Shown here piece after piece: positions 50,400-62,785 of a stretch of 64,000 nucleotides of DNA. Made by a program: the position numbers and the translations under genes. Within the stretch, counting starts at the first letter, position 1, and each line of letters starts with the position of its first letter. Source of the stretch: Mustelus asterias (lineage: Eukaryota). Where the stretch lies: contig NC_135826.1 in assembly GCF_964213995.1 (NCBI RefSeq), positions 15,066,001 through 15,130,000 on the forward strand. Direction: 5' to 3'. The notes beneath the pieces were generated by a model. It ran no database searches and was not told the origin of the DNA. It was given only the letters and a program-made list of their open reading frames with translations.

Positions 50400-53300
50400 A
50401 CCAGAACCTGGCACAAGTACCGCACTGTCTCCTGGTTCAGTCGCAGACTTTAGCGGCACATGTTGTCCAGCACTTGTGGAATGAGCAGCACCTCATGTAT
50501 ACATGTAACCTTCAGTAGGGCTGCATTCAGACCCCATCCTCGGCCTAATGGCTGGATGGTTCCTGAGCCTCCACAGCAGCCCCCTGATCTTTGGCTGGTT
50601 GTTCAGGTCAGGCCTGGGCTGGCCCTGGTGCTCTCGCCATTGCATTTCTGCCTCGGCAACAGTGATGTGGAACATTGCCAACTGGTCTGGCTGAATTCTG
50701 AAATTCATAGCCATTCTGTGAGGAGACAGAGAAGGAGAGAGAAGGTGAGTCAGCAAGGCCACCCATCCTGGACCCTCAGTTCCTCCCTACTCCTCTTGTC
50801 ATCCTGCCAGCCCAACCCTCACTGTTCCCATCTCCCAGCACAGCCTCGAGGGGCTGCTGCCCTTATCATTTAGCTCGCACAGTCACAGGATAATGTCCAT
50901 CGCCTCTTATTCCTGACCAGGGGAGGCCCTCCCATCACCTCAGTAATGGAGCACCTCGTTTTCTGGTGAAAATAGATGCCATGCCTCCTGGATCCACCAG
51001 TGTTGTCATGTGGTCCATGGTGCGAGGCACCAGGTGAGTCCTCACTCAGACCCTGCCTACAACGGCCTCTTCCCCTGAGCCAAACCTGGACGTTGTGAAT
51101 GGTGACATTGCTGCATTATCAATGATGATGGACAGTTATAGAGTCATAGAGGTTTACAGCATGGAAACAGGCCCTTTGGCCCAACTTGTCCATGCCGCCA
51201 ATTTTTTTTAAACCCCAAAACTAATCCCAATTGCCCGCATTTGGCCCATATCCCTCTATACCCATCATACCCATGTAACATGTGACAAATAACAGTGGAC
51301 CCAGCACTGATCCCTGAGGCACACCGCTGGTCACAGGCCTCCAGTTTGAAAAACAATCCTCTCCAACTACCCTCTGGCTTCTGTCAAGAAGCCAATTTTA
51401 TATCCATTTAGATACCTCACCCTGGATCCTGTGAGATTTAACCTTATGCAACAATCTACCACGCGGTACCTTGTCAAAGGCCTTGCTAAAGTCCATGTAG
51501 ACAACATCAACTGCACTGCCCTCATCTACCTTCTTGGTTACTTCTTCGAAAAGGTGATTGGAAGCCCAATGGTGGCATGAATGTGAGAGGGCAAGGCACT
51601 ATCAGAAGTGAACAAGGAAGCCCGTAAGCTGCTCAGGCTTGAACATAAAGCCACCGTCTTATTGTCGAGTGACCATATTCTATGGAACAGGCCAGCCAAT
51701 GTAGAAATTGTGAATTCAAGCTAAAGTCAGTCCACAACCTCCCCACTCCCACCCCTTCTAGGATAAGGACTTGACAGTCCAGCCCTGTCCCCTTCGGTGA
51801 CTTGCAGCTCGGCCCTTGCTCGGCAAAGATTCATGCCTCACAATCCCTCCAGCCCAATTCAGCAGCCTCTAACCGCCAGGGCCAGTGGCAGCAACATCGA
51901 GATGCTGGACAGTGTGGCCCTAATGCTGAGTCTCCCAGGGAGACCAGTAGGGTCATCCTCCTTCAGGGACCCTTGTGCCTTTGTGTGTGAGCTGGGGCAG
52001 ATGCTGATGTAACGAATGACAGGCTTGAGTTTGGTTCCTCAGCCTGGGCAGTAATGACATTCTGAGAGATCTGCTTTTGTTGCAAATGTGGCAGATACAA
52101 CATCTGGTACAAAAATCCGTCCATCCAAACTTCTCACTTCTGTTAGAGGCTTCACAGACAAGGATGAAAAGCCTGAACCTGAAAGAAAATGGCATGAGAA
52201 AACTTTCCTCCAGGAAGACTCAGATAGTTGGGAACAACGTTCTATGAAAAAATAGGCCCAGAATAAACAGCTGTGCTTAAAAGACGAATCACATCAGGGT
52301 CAGTGAGGCATTAAATGATTGTATCAACAATGGAGGCTTTGATCTCCCCTGTAACTGTCAGTCAAAAACTTTTAGCAGCTCATGCTCCATTTGTGCCTCA
52401 TGTAAAGCAAGCCAGATAATACCCTCCTCATCGTGGTTTGGGTTGTAAGTGAAAGTTTTGTCACACACCATGGAGCAGGAGGTGATAAATGTGAACCAAA
52501 CCTGAAGGGAACTGACGCCTTCCCGTCAATCAAAGGAGTTCAAAGAGCTCTGGTAACAGCCATGGCTCCTGAAATTGAGGAAGTCTTATCCAACAATGTG
52601 AATGGAGTGCAGCTTTAACGTGGAAGGCTGATGGATATTCATGGGCGTGCATTTCCATCTAAACAGGGGACTTTAAAACTCTAACATGCAGCAAACAGGA
52701 AACATTGATTTCAATGCTAAGGTGCCTGAAATTCAAACCTCAGCAGAGACTTTCTACCACCCTACGGCAACATGGAGGAGTCTAGCCAGGGGACCCCCAT
52801 CCCAGGGTAAATCCCCCCCTGGGTGAAACCCTTCCTCCAGGAGTGGCCGCCCTTATATCTCCCTGCAATAGGGCCCCTCTAAACCCTCGAAGTTTGTTAG
52901 CGATGGTCCATTCCTCACCCTCGGAGTCCAGGCCGCCTGATCCATGCTTTTAAAGAGCAACACCAATTGGTGCGCACGGGAAACCTGGCAGGAGAGGCTG
53001 GAGCGTCGCGGGAGGAGGTTGAATCAGGCTTCCAGATTGCTAATTAAATGCAAATATGCAAATATGCATAATATGTAGGTTCTCTCTGAGCGGGAATCTG
53101 TTTGGGACTGGCGGGACGAGCTGAGAGACTGATAAAAATAGACATTGAATCATAGAAACTAGAAGCAGGAGGAGGCCATTCAGCCCTTCGAGCCTGCTCC
53201 ACCATTCATTTTGATCATGGCAGATCATCAAATTAAATATCCTGATCCCCCCTTCCCCCCATATCCCTTGATCCCTTTAGTCCCAAGAGTGATATCTAAT

Positions 53301-53698
53301 TTCTACTTCAAGTCAGACAATGTTTTGGCCTCAACTACTTTCTGTGGTAGTGAATTCCACACATTCACCACCCTCTGGGTGAAGAAATTTCTCCTCACCT
53401 CAGTTCTAAAAGGTTTACCCCTTATCCTCAAACGATGAGCCCCAGTTCTGCACTCCCCCATCATTGGCAACATTCTTTCTGAATCTACCCTGTCTTATCG
53501 TGTTAGAATTTTATAAGTTTCTATGAGATCCCCTCTCGCTCTTCTAAACTCCAGTGAATATAATCCTAACCGACTTAGTCTCTCCTCATATGACTGACCT
53601 GCCATCCCAGGAATCAGCCTGGTAAACCTTTGCTGCACTCCCTCTATAGCAAAGACTACCTTCTTCAGATAAGGACACCAAAACTGCACACAACACTC

Positions 53699-54008
53699 TG
53701 TGGTGAACCATAGTTGTTTACCACTATGAGTACTGAACCATAGATGGTCAGCACTATGGGTACTTGTAGATATGTTGGCTGTGTTGTCACTGTTGGGGTT
53801 AGGGTTGGGGTGTTCTACCTGTTGATATTGTTCTGTGGTACACTCCAGTTGGCTCCGCCTACTTGGAGGAATATAAAGGTCACTGCACTGCGTGGTGACC
53901 CTTTAGTCTGGGATTGTATTGTACATAGTGTGCTCCATTCTTGTTAGTAATAAAAGCCTTTATTTCCCGGGTACGATCCAGCCTCCCGAGTGATTTAATC
54001 GCGCATCA
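53699..54008 (+). repeat. 5' LTR (310 bp)
   Basis: Direct repeat with 58089-58395; TATAAA 53872-53877; AATAAA 53949-53954. Confidence 0.95.
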
Positions 54009-54043
54009 ATTTTATTACAAACAAATTTTGGTAAAAAAAAACC

Positions 54044-57000
54044 ATGGAGCAAATGTTGAAACCCGATCGGCTTACCTTAGATCCACGTGCAGCGGGAGCG
54101 TCGAACACTTTCGACCATTGGTTAAAGTGTTTTCAAGACTACATCGACGCCTCAACAGCCGTTCAAAACGACGCCGATAGACTGCGGGTCCTCCACGCAA
54201 GGGTAAGCGACACTGTATACTCATCAATCTGCAATGCCCAAGACTACAAAGGGGCCATCGAACTACTTAAGAAACTGTACGACAAACCGCCAAACGAGAT
54301 CCATGCTCGACACCTTCTAGCCACTCGACGGCGGCAGCCCGGCGAAACGACAGGACAGTACCTGCGCGAACCTCAGCAGCTCGCCAGAGCCTGCAACTGC
54401 AAGCCAGTGTCGGCGGCCCAGTATACTAACGACTTGATCCGAGATGCGTTCGTGGCGGGAATCGGCTCATCGTATATTCGCCTGCGGCTGCTAGAGCAAG
54501 GTAACCTAGACCTAGCTAAGACGGTGGAATTGGCTGACACGATGGAAAAGGCCTCCAGTAGTCTAGACACTTACCCCACCAACCATGTGGGAACATCGTG
54601 GCAAGTACAGCCACCGACTCAACTCTACCCAGCGGCTCCGAAAAACTGCACGATTGTGCTTTCAACCTCGGACCTGATGATGGCGGCAGCTCCAGGAGGC
54701 CCGCGGTGCTATTTCTGTGGATTGGCGAAACACCCTCGGCAGCAATGTCCAGCCAGAACGGTATTTTGCCCCGCGTGTGGGAAGAAAGGGCATTATGCCA
54801 AAGTATGCAGGGCTAAACCACTCTCCAAGCATAGCAGCGCGGCGTGTGATTCTCCAGAGCCTGTCTCCTTGTCTCCAGCTTCTTCGAGGTCTTCCACCAC
54901 GTGCGATTCCAGAGCGCCGCCATTCCTGACGATGAAGACGCAAGACATGTGCGACCTGCAGGGGCCGCCACTTTTAGCGCCACCGACCATGTGCGATCCA
55001 TGGGCGTGGCCATTTTGGTCGGCACCGACCGCAGACGACCAGCAGGGGTCATCATCATCAACCATCTCGGCTGCCTGCAGTTGCACTCAAGACCCAACGG
55101 TGGCGTCAATCATCCTGGACCAGGCCAAGCCTCACAGACTCGACAAGTCCATGATGGACATAGAGGTAAATGGACGCCTAATTCATTGTTTGTTTGACAG
55201 CGGGAGCACGGAGAGTTTCATTCACCCTGACACCGTGAAACGGTGCGGTCTCCGAGTATGGACTGTCAGACAGACAATTTCGATGGCGTCGAGGTCCTGG
55301 TCTGTTACCGTGCTTGGGAGCTGCTTGGTCAACCTAACGGTGCGGGGCACAGTTTATGAGAACTTCAGGCTCCTTGTGTTATCGCAGCTTTGCGCTCCGA
55401 TACTCCTGGGACTAGACTTTATGGTCCACCTGAGGAGTGTAACCCTGCAGTACGATGGGCCACTCCCGCCACTTTCAGTGGGGGAACAGCGGCCTCCAAA
55501 TTGCCCAGCGCGCTCCACGTGTAGCCTCTTGACACTCAGAATCACCCCACCATCTCTATTCGGGAATCTCGTGCCAGGCTGCAAGCCCATCGCAACTAAG
55601 AGCAGGTGTTACAGCGCTGAGGATCGGATCTTTATTCGATCTGAAGTTCAGCGGCTCCTTAGGGAAGGGATCATTCAACCTAGCACTAGTCCATGGAGAG
55701 CGCAAGTCGTGGTGGTTAAAACTGGAGACAAACCCCGGATGGTCACAGACTATAGTCAGACCATTAATAGATACACGCAGCTGAATGCGTATCCTCTCCC
55801 GCGCATATCTGACATGGTCAACCAGATTGCGCAGTACCGGGTGTTCTCCACCATTGACTTGAAGTCAGCTTACCACCAGCTCCCCATTCGCCCAGAGGAC
55901 CGAAAATATACGGCCTTTGAGGCGGATGGTCGTCTTTACCACTTTTTATGGGTTCCTTTTGGCGTCACGAATGGTGTCTTGGTCTTCCAGTGTGCAATGG
56001 ACCGAATGGTGGACCAAAACGGGCTTCGGGCTACCTTCCCGTACCTGGCCAACGTCACTATCTGCGGCCATGACCAGCAGGACCACGATGCCAATCTCCT
56101 TAGATTTTTACGCACTGCGTCTCGCCTGAATCTGACCTACAACAGGGAGAGTTGTGTATTTAGCAAACGCCGCCTAGCAATTCTCAGATACGTGGTGGAA
56201 AACGGGGTCCTTGGCCCTGATCCAGACCGTATGCGTCCCCTCCTTGAACCCCCCCTACCCACTAGTATCAAAGCACTGAGAAGATGCTTAGGCTTCTTCT
56301 CATACTATGCACAGTGGGTTCCCAATTATGTGGATAAAGCCCGTCCGCTCATAAAGTCTACCTCTTTTCCCCTAGCAGCAGAGGCTCGCTTAGCCTTTGA
56401 AGGGATAAAAGCTGACATCGCGAAAGCCACGATGCACGCTGTCGATGAGTCCATCCCCTTTCAGGTGGAGAGTGATGCATCTGATTTCGCCCTGGCCGCC
56501 ACACTTAACCAGGCGGGCAGGCCCGTCGCCTTTTTCTCTCGCACCCTCCAAGGCCCTGAAATTCCGCACTCCGCGGTGGAAAAAGAGGCTCAGGCAATTG
56601 TGGAGGCCGTCCGGCATTGGCGCCATTACTTGGCGGGAAAACAATTCACCCTGCTCACGGACCAGCGGTCCATGGCGTTCATGTTCAACAACACGTTACG
56701 GGGTAAGATCAAGAATGATAAAATCTTGAGGTGGAGAATCGAACTCTCCACCTACAACTATGATATCATGTACCGTCCGGGGAAGTTCAATGAGCCCTCG
56801 GACGCCCTGTCGCGTGGAACATGTGCAAGTGTGCAGGAGGATCGATTACAGGCCCTCCACAATGATCTCTGCCATCCGGGGATCACTCGGCTCTTCCATT
56901 TTGTAATGGCCCGGAATATACCCTACTCAGTGGATGATGTTAGGTCAATAACCCAAAGATGCCAGGTATGTGCCGAATGCAAACCGCACTTCTACCGACC

Positions 57001-58087
57001 TGACAGGGCACACCTCATTAAAGCCACTCGCCCTTTTGAAATACTGAGTGTGGACTTCAAGGGCCCCCTTCCTTCGACAGATCGGAACGTGTACTTCCTC
57101 AACGTGATTGACGAGTATTCATGATTCCCTTTTGCCATTCCCTGTTCAGACATGACCGCTGCCACGGTTATCAAAGCATTACGGGATCTTTTCACCCTGT
57201 TCGGTTACCCCAGCTATATCCACAGTGATAGGGGCTCGTCATTTATGAGTGACGACTTGAGGCAATACCTGCTCTCAAAAGGGATTGCCTCAAGTAGAAC
57301 TATGAGTTACAACCCCAGGGGTAACGGGCAGGTTGAAAGAGAAAATGCTACAGTCTGGAAGGCTGTCTTACTGGCGTTGAGGTCTAAGGGTCTTCCAGTC
57401 TCCCGTTGGCAAGAGGTACTTTCTGATGTGCTCCATTCCATCCGGTCCCTCCTGTGTATGGCAACCAACGCTACTCCACATGAGAGGATGTTTTCCTTCC
57501 CTAGGAAGTCTTCCTCTGGGACCTCATTGCCATCTTGGTTGATGTACTCAGGACCTGCCCTCCTGCGGCGGCATGTTAGGACCCGCAAGTCCGACCCTTT
57601 GGTTGAACAGGTCCATCTCCTCCACGCCAACCCTCAATATGCCTATGTGGCATATCCTGACGGGCGAGAGGACATGGTCTCTATTAGAGATCTGGCGCCT
57701 GCAGGGGTCTTGGAAACCCCAGTCGCTCCCACACCCCTAGTTAGGGACCCTTTGACCTTTATCTCCCCTCCTGACAGGGCGCGGGCAGTATCGGGACCAC
57801 CACTTAATCCTCTTACTCCCGTGTACAGCTTGCCTGAGTCCAGGAGATTGTCGTCACCTCGAGGCTTGCTCGAGTCCAGCAGATGGTCGCCACCTTGTGG
57901 TCCACCTGTCCGTGACACTGGCCACCGCCTTGGAGAGAGGGTCATCACGGTCACCAGAACCGGCGTTACCGCCAGTGTTGAGGAGGTCGCAGAGACGGTG
58001 CGGTCCTCCAATACGACTGAACTTGTGAATATTTGGACAGTTTGTTCTGTTTTTGCCCCGCCGGCCTTTGTCTTAAAGGAGGGGTGA
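54044..58087 (+). pseudogene. Single gag-pol ORF with one in-frame stop (57122-57124) and a mutated RT catalytic motif
   Basis: Two CCHC knuckles, FDSGS protease, RT YLAN, RNase H SDAS..EKE, integrase HHCC and SVDFKGP..HSDRG..GQVERE; the two ORFs share one frame. Confidence 0.88.
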
Positions 58088-58088
58088 A

Positions 58089-58395
58089 TGTGGTGAACCA
58101 CTGTTGGTTACCACTATGAGTACTGAACCATAGATGGTCAGCACTATGGGTACTTGTAGATATGTTACTGTTGTCACTGTTGGGGTTAGGGTTGGGGTGT
58201 TCTACCTGTTGATATTGTTCTGTGGTACACTCCAGTTGGCTCCGCCTACTTGGAGGAGTATAAAGGTCACTGCACTGCCTGGTGACCCTTTAGTCTGGGA
58301 TTGTATTGTATATAGTATGCTCCATTCTTGTTAGTAATAAAAGCCTTTATTTCCCGGGTACGATCCAGCCTGCCGAGTGATTTAATCACGCATCA
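58089..58395 (+). repeat. 3' LTR (307 bp)
   Basis: About 10 substitutions and a small indel relative to the 5' LTR. Confidence 0.95.
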
Positions 58396-60207
58396 CACTC
58401 CAGGTGTGGCCTCACCTATACAATTGCAGCAAAACATCCTTATCCCTATACTCAAATCCTCTCGCTATGAAGGTCAATATACTACATGCATTCTTTACTG
58501 CCTGTTGTACCTGCACAATTACTTTCAGCGACTGATGCATGAGAACACCAAGGCCTCGCTGATTATCCACCTCTCCCAATTTACACCCATTCAAGTAATA
58601 ATCTTCCTATTATTGCTACCAAAGTGGATAACTTCACATTTATCCTACTGCATCTGCCATGCATATGCCCACACACTCAGCCTGTCCAAATGATGCTGAA
58701 GCATCTCTGTATGGTCCTCACCCTCCCACCCAACGTTGTATCATCTGCAAGTCTGGAGATAATACATTTAGTTCCCGCTTCCAAATCATTAATATATAAT
58801 GTGAACAGTTGGGTTCCTGGCACAGATCCCTGCAGAACTCCACTCGTCACTGACTGCCAATCAGAAAAAGACCCATTTATACCAACTCTTTGCTTCCTAA
58901 CTGCTAACCAGCTTTCTATCCATCTTAAGACATTACCTGCAATCCCATATGCTTTAACTTTACCTCGTAGTCTGTTATGTAAGACCTTGTCGAAAGCCTT
59001 CTGAAAGTCTAAATAAACCACATCCACTGATTCTCCTCGGTTATCTTTACTAGTTACATCCTCAAAGAATTCCAATTAAGTTGTCAAGCACGATTTCCCT
59101 TCTGTAAATCCATGCTGACTTTGTCCGATTATACCACTGCCTTCCAAATGCTGAGTTATGAAATCCTTGATAATAGACTCCAGCAACTTCCCCAGTACCA
59201 ACGTTAGGCTCACTGGTCTATAGTTCCTTGTTTTCCCTCTACCTCCCTTTTTGAAATAGCTCGATGCCCAGTGGGAATCCTGATTTAGCCCTGGTGCTGG
59301 ATTCAACAGACCATCGGGATTCTCGGCTGTGACTAGTGGACCTGGAGAATCCCCCTCTCAGCCTCCACTCCTGACTCGGATACCAAGTAACAGGACTGTA
59401 ATGGACTGTAACGTTGGAACATTATACAACAATTATGGGTAGAATTTTCCCAAAATCTTTCAAAGTGCCATATCAGCGAAACAACAGGGGTGTTTTGCGC
59501 AGGTTCCTTGGTCCGCTTTGCGTCGCAATCTTCCGACACTCAGTGCAGTGAAAGAACCTCCATGCGATTCATGCCATCATGGATGCACCAGTCATCTGAC
59601 TCACCCAAAGTGGTACAGCTTTGCGCTGTCAAGCAGGGGCAGCTCCATTTAAACACTAACAGTACACACAGTCACGCCAGGAAGTTTATTTATTTAAAGT
59701 TTATTTATTAGTCAGAAGTAGGCTTACATTAACACTGCAATGAAGTTGCAGTGTTAATGTAAACTTACTCTGACGCCTGTTCGGGTACACTGAGGGAGAA
59801 TTTAGCATGGCCAATCCACCTCGTAGAGCTGCTCCACAATTTATGCAGGGGGAGTTGGGCCGGCTACTTGATGCCATGGAAGAGAGGAGGGCCATCTTCT
59901 TCCCCAGAGACGGTTGGCGGCCCAATGGGCTACCGCCATGAATCAGCCATAATTCCCACAGTCATGATCACTGTCAGTCACCTGATTCCTGGAAGTGAGC
60001 TGAGGACAGGATTGTGTTGGTTTGTGTCTACATGTCTGCCTACACTCACTGCCTCGAGTCCCACATGAAGACATTGACATTCAATGGCATTAACATCACT
60101 GAATCCTCCACTTTCAGCACCCTTAAGGTTGCCATTGACCAGATATTGAACCAGATCAGCTGCATAAATGCTGTGGATACAAGAGCAGGTCAAAGGTTGG
60201 GAATCGG

Positions 60208-61587
60208 CATAACTCAGCATTTAGAAGGCAGTGGTATAATCAGATAAAGTCAGCATGGATTTACAAAACGGAAATCATAGAAACATAGAAAACTACAGCA
60301 CAAAACAGGCCCTTCGGCCCCACAAGTTGTGCCGAACATATGCCTACCTTTTAGGCCTACCTATAACCCTCCATCCTATTAAGTCCCATGTACTCATCCA
60401 GGAGTCTCTTAAAAGACCTTATTGAGTTTGCCTCCACCACCACTGACGGCAGCCGATTCCACTCGCCCACCACCCTCTGTGTGAAAAAATTCCCCCTAAC
60501 ATTTCCCCTGTACCTACCCCCCAGCACCTTAAACCTGTGTCCTCTCGTAGCAGCCATTTCCACCCTGGGAAAAAGCCTCTGAGAGTCCACCTGATCTATG
60601 CCTCTCAACATTTTATATACCTCTATTAGATCTCCTCTCATCCTACGTCTCTCCAAGGAGCAAAGACCGAGCTCCCTCAGCCTATCCTCATAAGGCATGC
60701 CACTCAATCCAGGCAACATCCTTGTAAATCGCCTCTGCACCCTTTCAATCTTTTCCACATTCTTCCTGAAATGAGGCGACCAGAACTGAGCACAGTACTC
60801 CAAGTGGGGTCTGACGAGGGTCTTATATAGCTGCATCATTATCCCTGGACTCCTAAACTCAATCCCTCGATTGATAAAGGCCAGCACACCATACGCCTTC
60901 TTAACCACCTCCTCCACCTGTGGGGCCGATTTTAGAGTCCTATGGACCCGGACCCCAAGGTCCTTCTGATCCTCCACAGTACTAAGAGTCTTTCCCTTTA
61001 TATTGTACTCCTTCATCCCATTTGACCTGCCATTTATCTGGGTTGAAGTTAAATCATGCTTGACAAATTGATTGGAATTCTTTGAGGATGTAACTCGTAA
61101 AGTTGACCGAGGAGAATCAGTGGATGCGGATTATTTAGACTTTCAGAAGGCTTTCGGCAAGGTCTTACATAACAGACTACTAGGTAAAGTTAAAGCACAC
61201 GGGATTGCAGGTAATGTCTTGAGATGGATAGAAAGCTGATTAGCAGATAGGAAGCAAAGAGTTGGTATAAGTGGGTCTTTTTCTGATTGGCAGTCGGTGA
61301 CTTGTGGGCTTCAGCAGGGATCTGTGCCAGGAACCCAACTGTTCACATTATATATTAATGATTTGGAAGCGGGAGCTAAATGTATTATCTCCAGATTTAC
61401 AGATGATACAAAGTTGGTTGGGAGGGTGAGGAGGATACAGTGATGCTTCAGCGTGATTTAGACAGGCTGAGTGTGTGGGCATATGCAAGGCAGATGCAGT
61501 AGGATACATGTGAGGTTATCCACTTTGGTAGCAATAATAGGAAGATTATTACTTGAATGGGTGTAAATTGAGAGAGGTGGATAATCA
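60208..61587 (+). repeat. Inverted copy of decayed CR1 segment 58560-59160, inside another LINE (~60070-62105)
   Basis: Shares idiosyncratic deletions with the nearby copy. Confidence 0.65.
60279..61050 (-). mobile_element. CR1 3' fragment
   Basis: ORF 60357-61016; TSD AAATCAT (60272-60278 / 61051-61057). Confidence 0.85.
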
Positions 61588-62419
61588 CCTCATGACTCCC
61601 CAAAACCTGTTCACTATCTGCAGGGCACAAATCAGGAGTGTGATGGAATACTCTCCTCTTGCCTGGATGGGTGCAGCTCCAACAACACTCAAGAAGCTTG
61701 ACACCATCCAGGACAAAGCAGCCCACTTAATTGGCACCCCATCCACCACCTTCAACATCCACCCCTTCCACCATTGATGCACAGTGGCAGCAGTGTGTAC
61801 CATCTACAAGATGCACTGCAGCAACTGACCATGGACCCTTCGACAGCACCTTCCAAACCCACAAACTCTTCCACCCAAAAGGACCAGGGCAGCAGATGCA
61901 TGGGAATACACCCAATTGCAAAGTTCATCTCCAAGCCTTGGACATATATTACCATTCTTTCACTGTCAAAATCCTGGGACCTGTGTCATATGAACTGCAG
62001 TGGTTCAAGAAGATGGTTCGCCATCACGTTCTCAAGGGGAATTAGGGATGGGCAACAAATGCTGGCCTAACCAGCGATACCCACATTCCATGAACAAATA
62101 AAAATAAGAATGGTCACTATTGATTGCTGTTGGCACCTTCAGCACCTGTGTGGCAGCAGCGACCCAAAAATGAGTTAAACTTCATCCAGAGAAGGAATAA
62201 AATCACACATTGGATCAGTTAACCCTTAGGTGGAGAAATAAGATGGATGTCATCGAATTGAAGGTCATTGTACATCTCAAAGGATTTTCCTCCTATGACT
62301 TTGATTGAGAGGCCGCTATCACCCAGAGTTAAACTGGTCATGTGATGTTCGGTGAATAAAACTGTTGGGTCCATGAACACAAGCAACAAACATGGCAGAA
62401 ATTCAGGAGCAATTTTTGT

Positions 62420-62765
62420 TAAAATTGACCTTGTTCAGATTGCATCGGAGACAATCTCCCTAAAAACAGTGAGTGTCTGACAGACTTAAAGAAACACGTC
62501 AAATTAAACAGAAACCAAGATATTTGTGTATTGTTGGTATAAGATACAGATTTGGAGGGTTTGATTCTGTTCTGGACAGCCCCACTCCTTAAAATAACAT
62601 TGCACAGTTCCTGCTGGGACCCCAGGTGGTTGTTAGTTTCACCCACTGGAGGAAGCTGGTTTGGGCGGCACAAAATCATATTTAAAATCTAAAGCTGATT
62701 GGATGGGGCAGCCATCTAAATGCGGTTTAACTTCACTCTATCCCCTTCAATATTTAAATGAGGTG
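62420..62765. promoter_or_regulatory. Conserved upstream module, copy 3 (diverged)
   Basis: Invariant 38-bp core 62585-62622, E-box CAGGTG, AAAGCTGATTGG 62691-62702. Confidence 0.5.
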
Positions 62766-62785
62766 AAATTATTACATCCACGGGT

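Larger units (their letters stand above)
53699..58395 (+). mobile_element. Full-length Gypsy/Ty3 LTR retrotransposon (Mag-like Gag)
   Basis: TG...CA LTRs, 5-bp TSD CACTC (53694-53698 / 58396-58400), PPT AAAGGAGGGGTGAA 58075-58088, PR-RT-RH-IN order. Confidence 0.95.
53147..59258 (-). mobile_element. Older CR1 (53147-53698 + 58401-59258) split by the Gypsy element
   Basis: RT fragments on both sides join across the CACTC TSD. Confidence 0.8.

Noticed and set aside
53048-53063. Tandem octamers ATGCAAATATGCAAAT as an Ig 3' enhancer
   Set aside because: Appears embedded in GC-rich repeat-like sequence, with no matching tandem octamer after C1
50440-53130. Possible gene downstream of cluster 2
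   Set aside because: Only short ORFs without recognisable domains; probably decayed transposon sequence, cannot be supported
53795-53810. Telomere-like GGGGTTAGGGTTGGGG
   Set aside because: Single unit inside both LTRs; not a telomeric array
57122-57124. Programmed read-through stop in Gypsy pol
   Set aside because: Falls within the integrase core at an expected Arg; best explained by CGA>TGA decay
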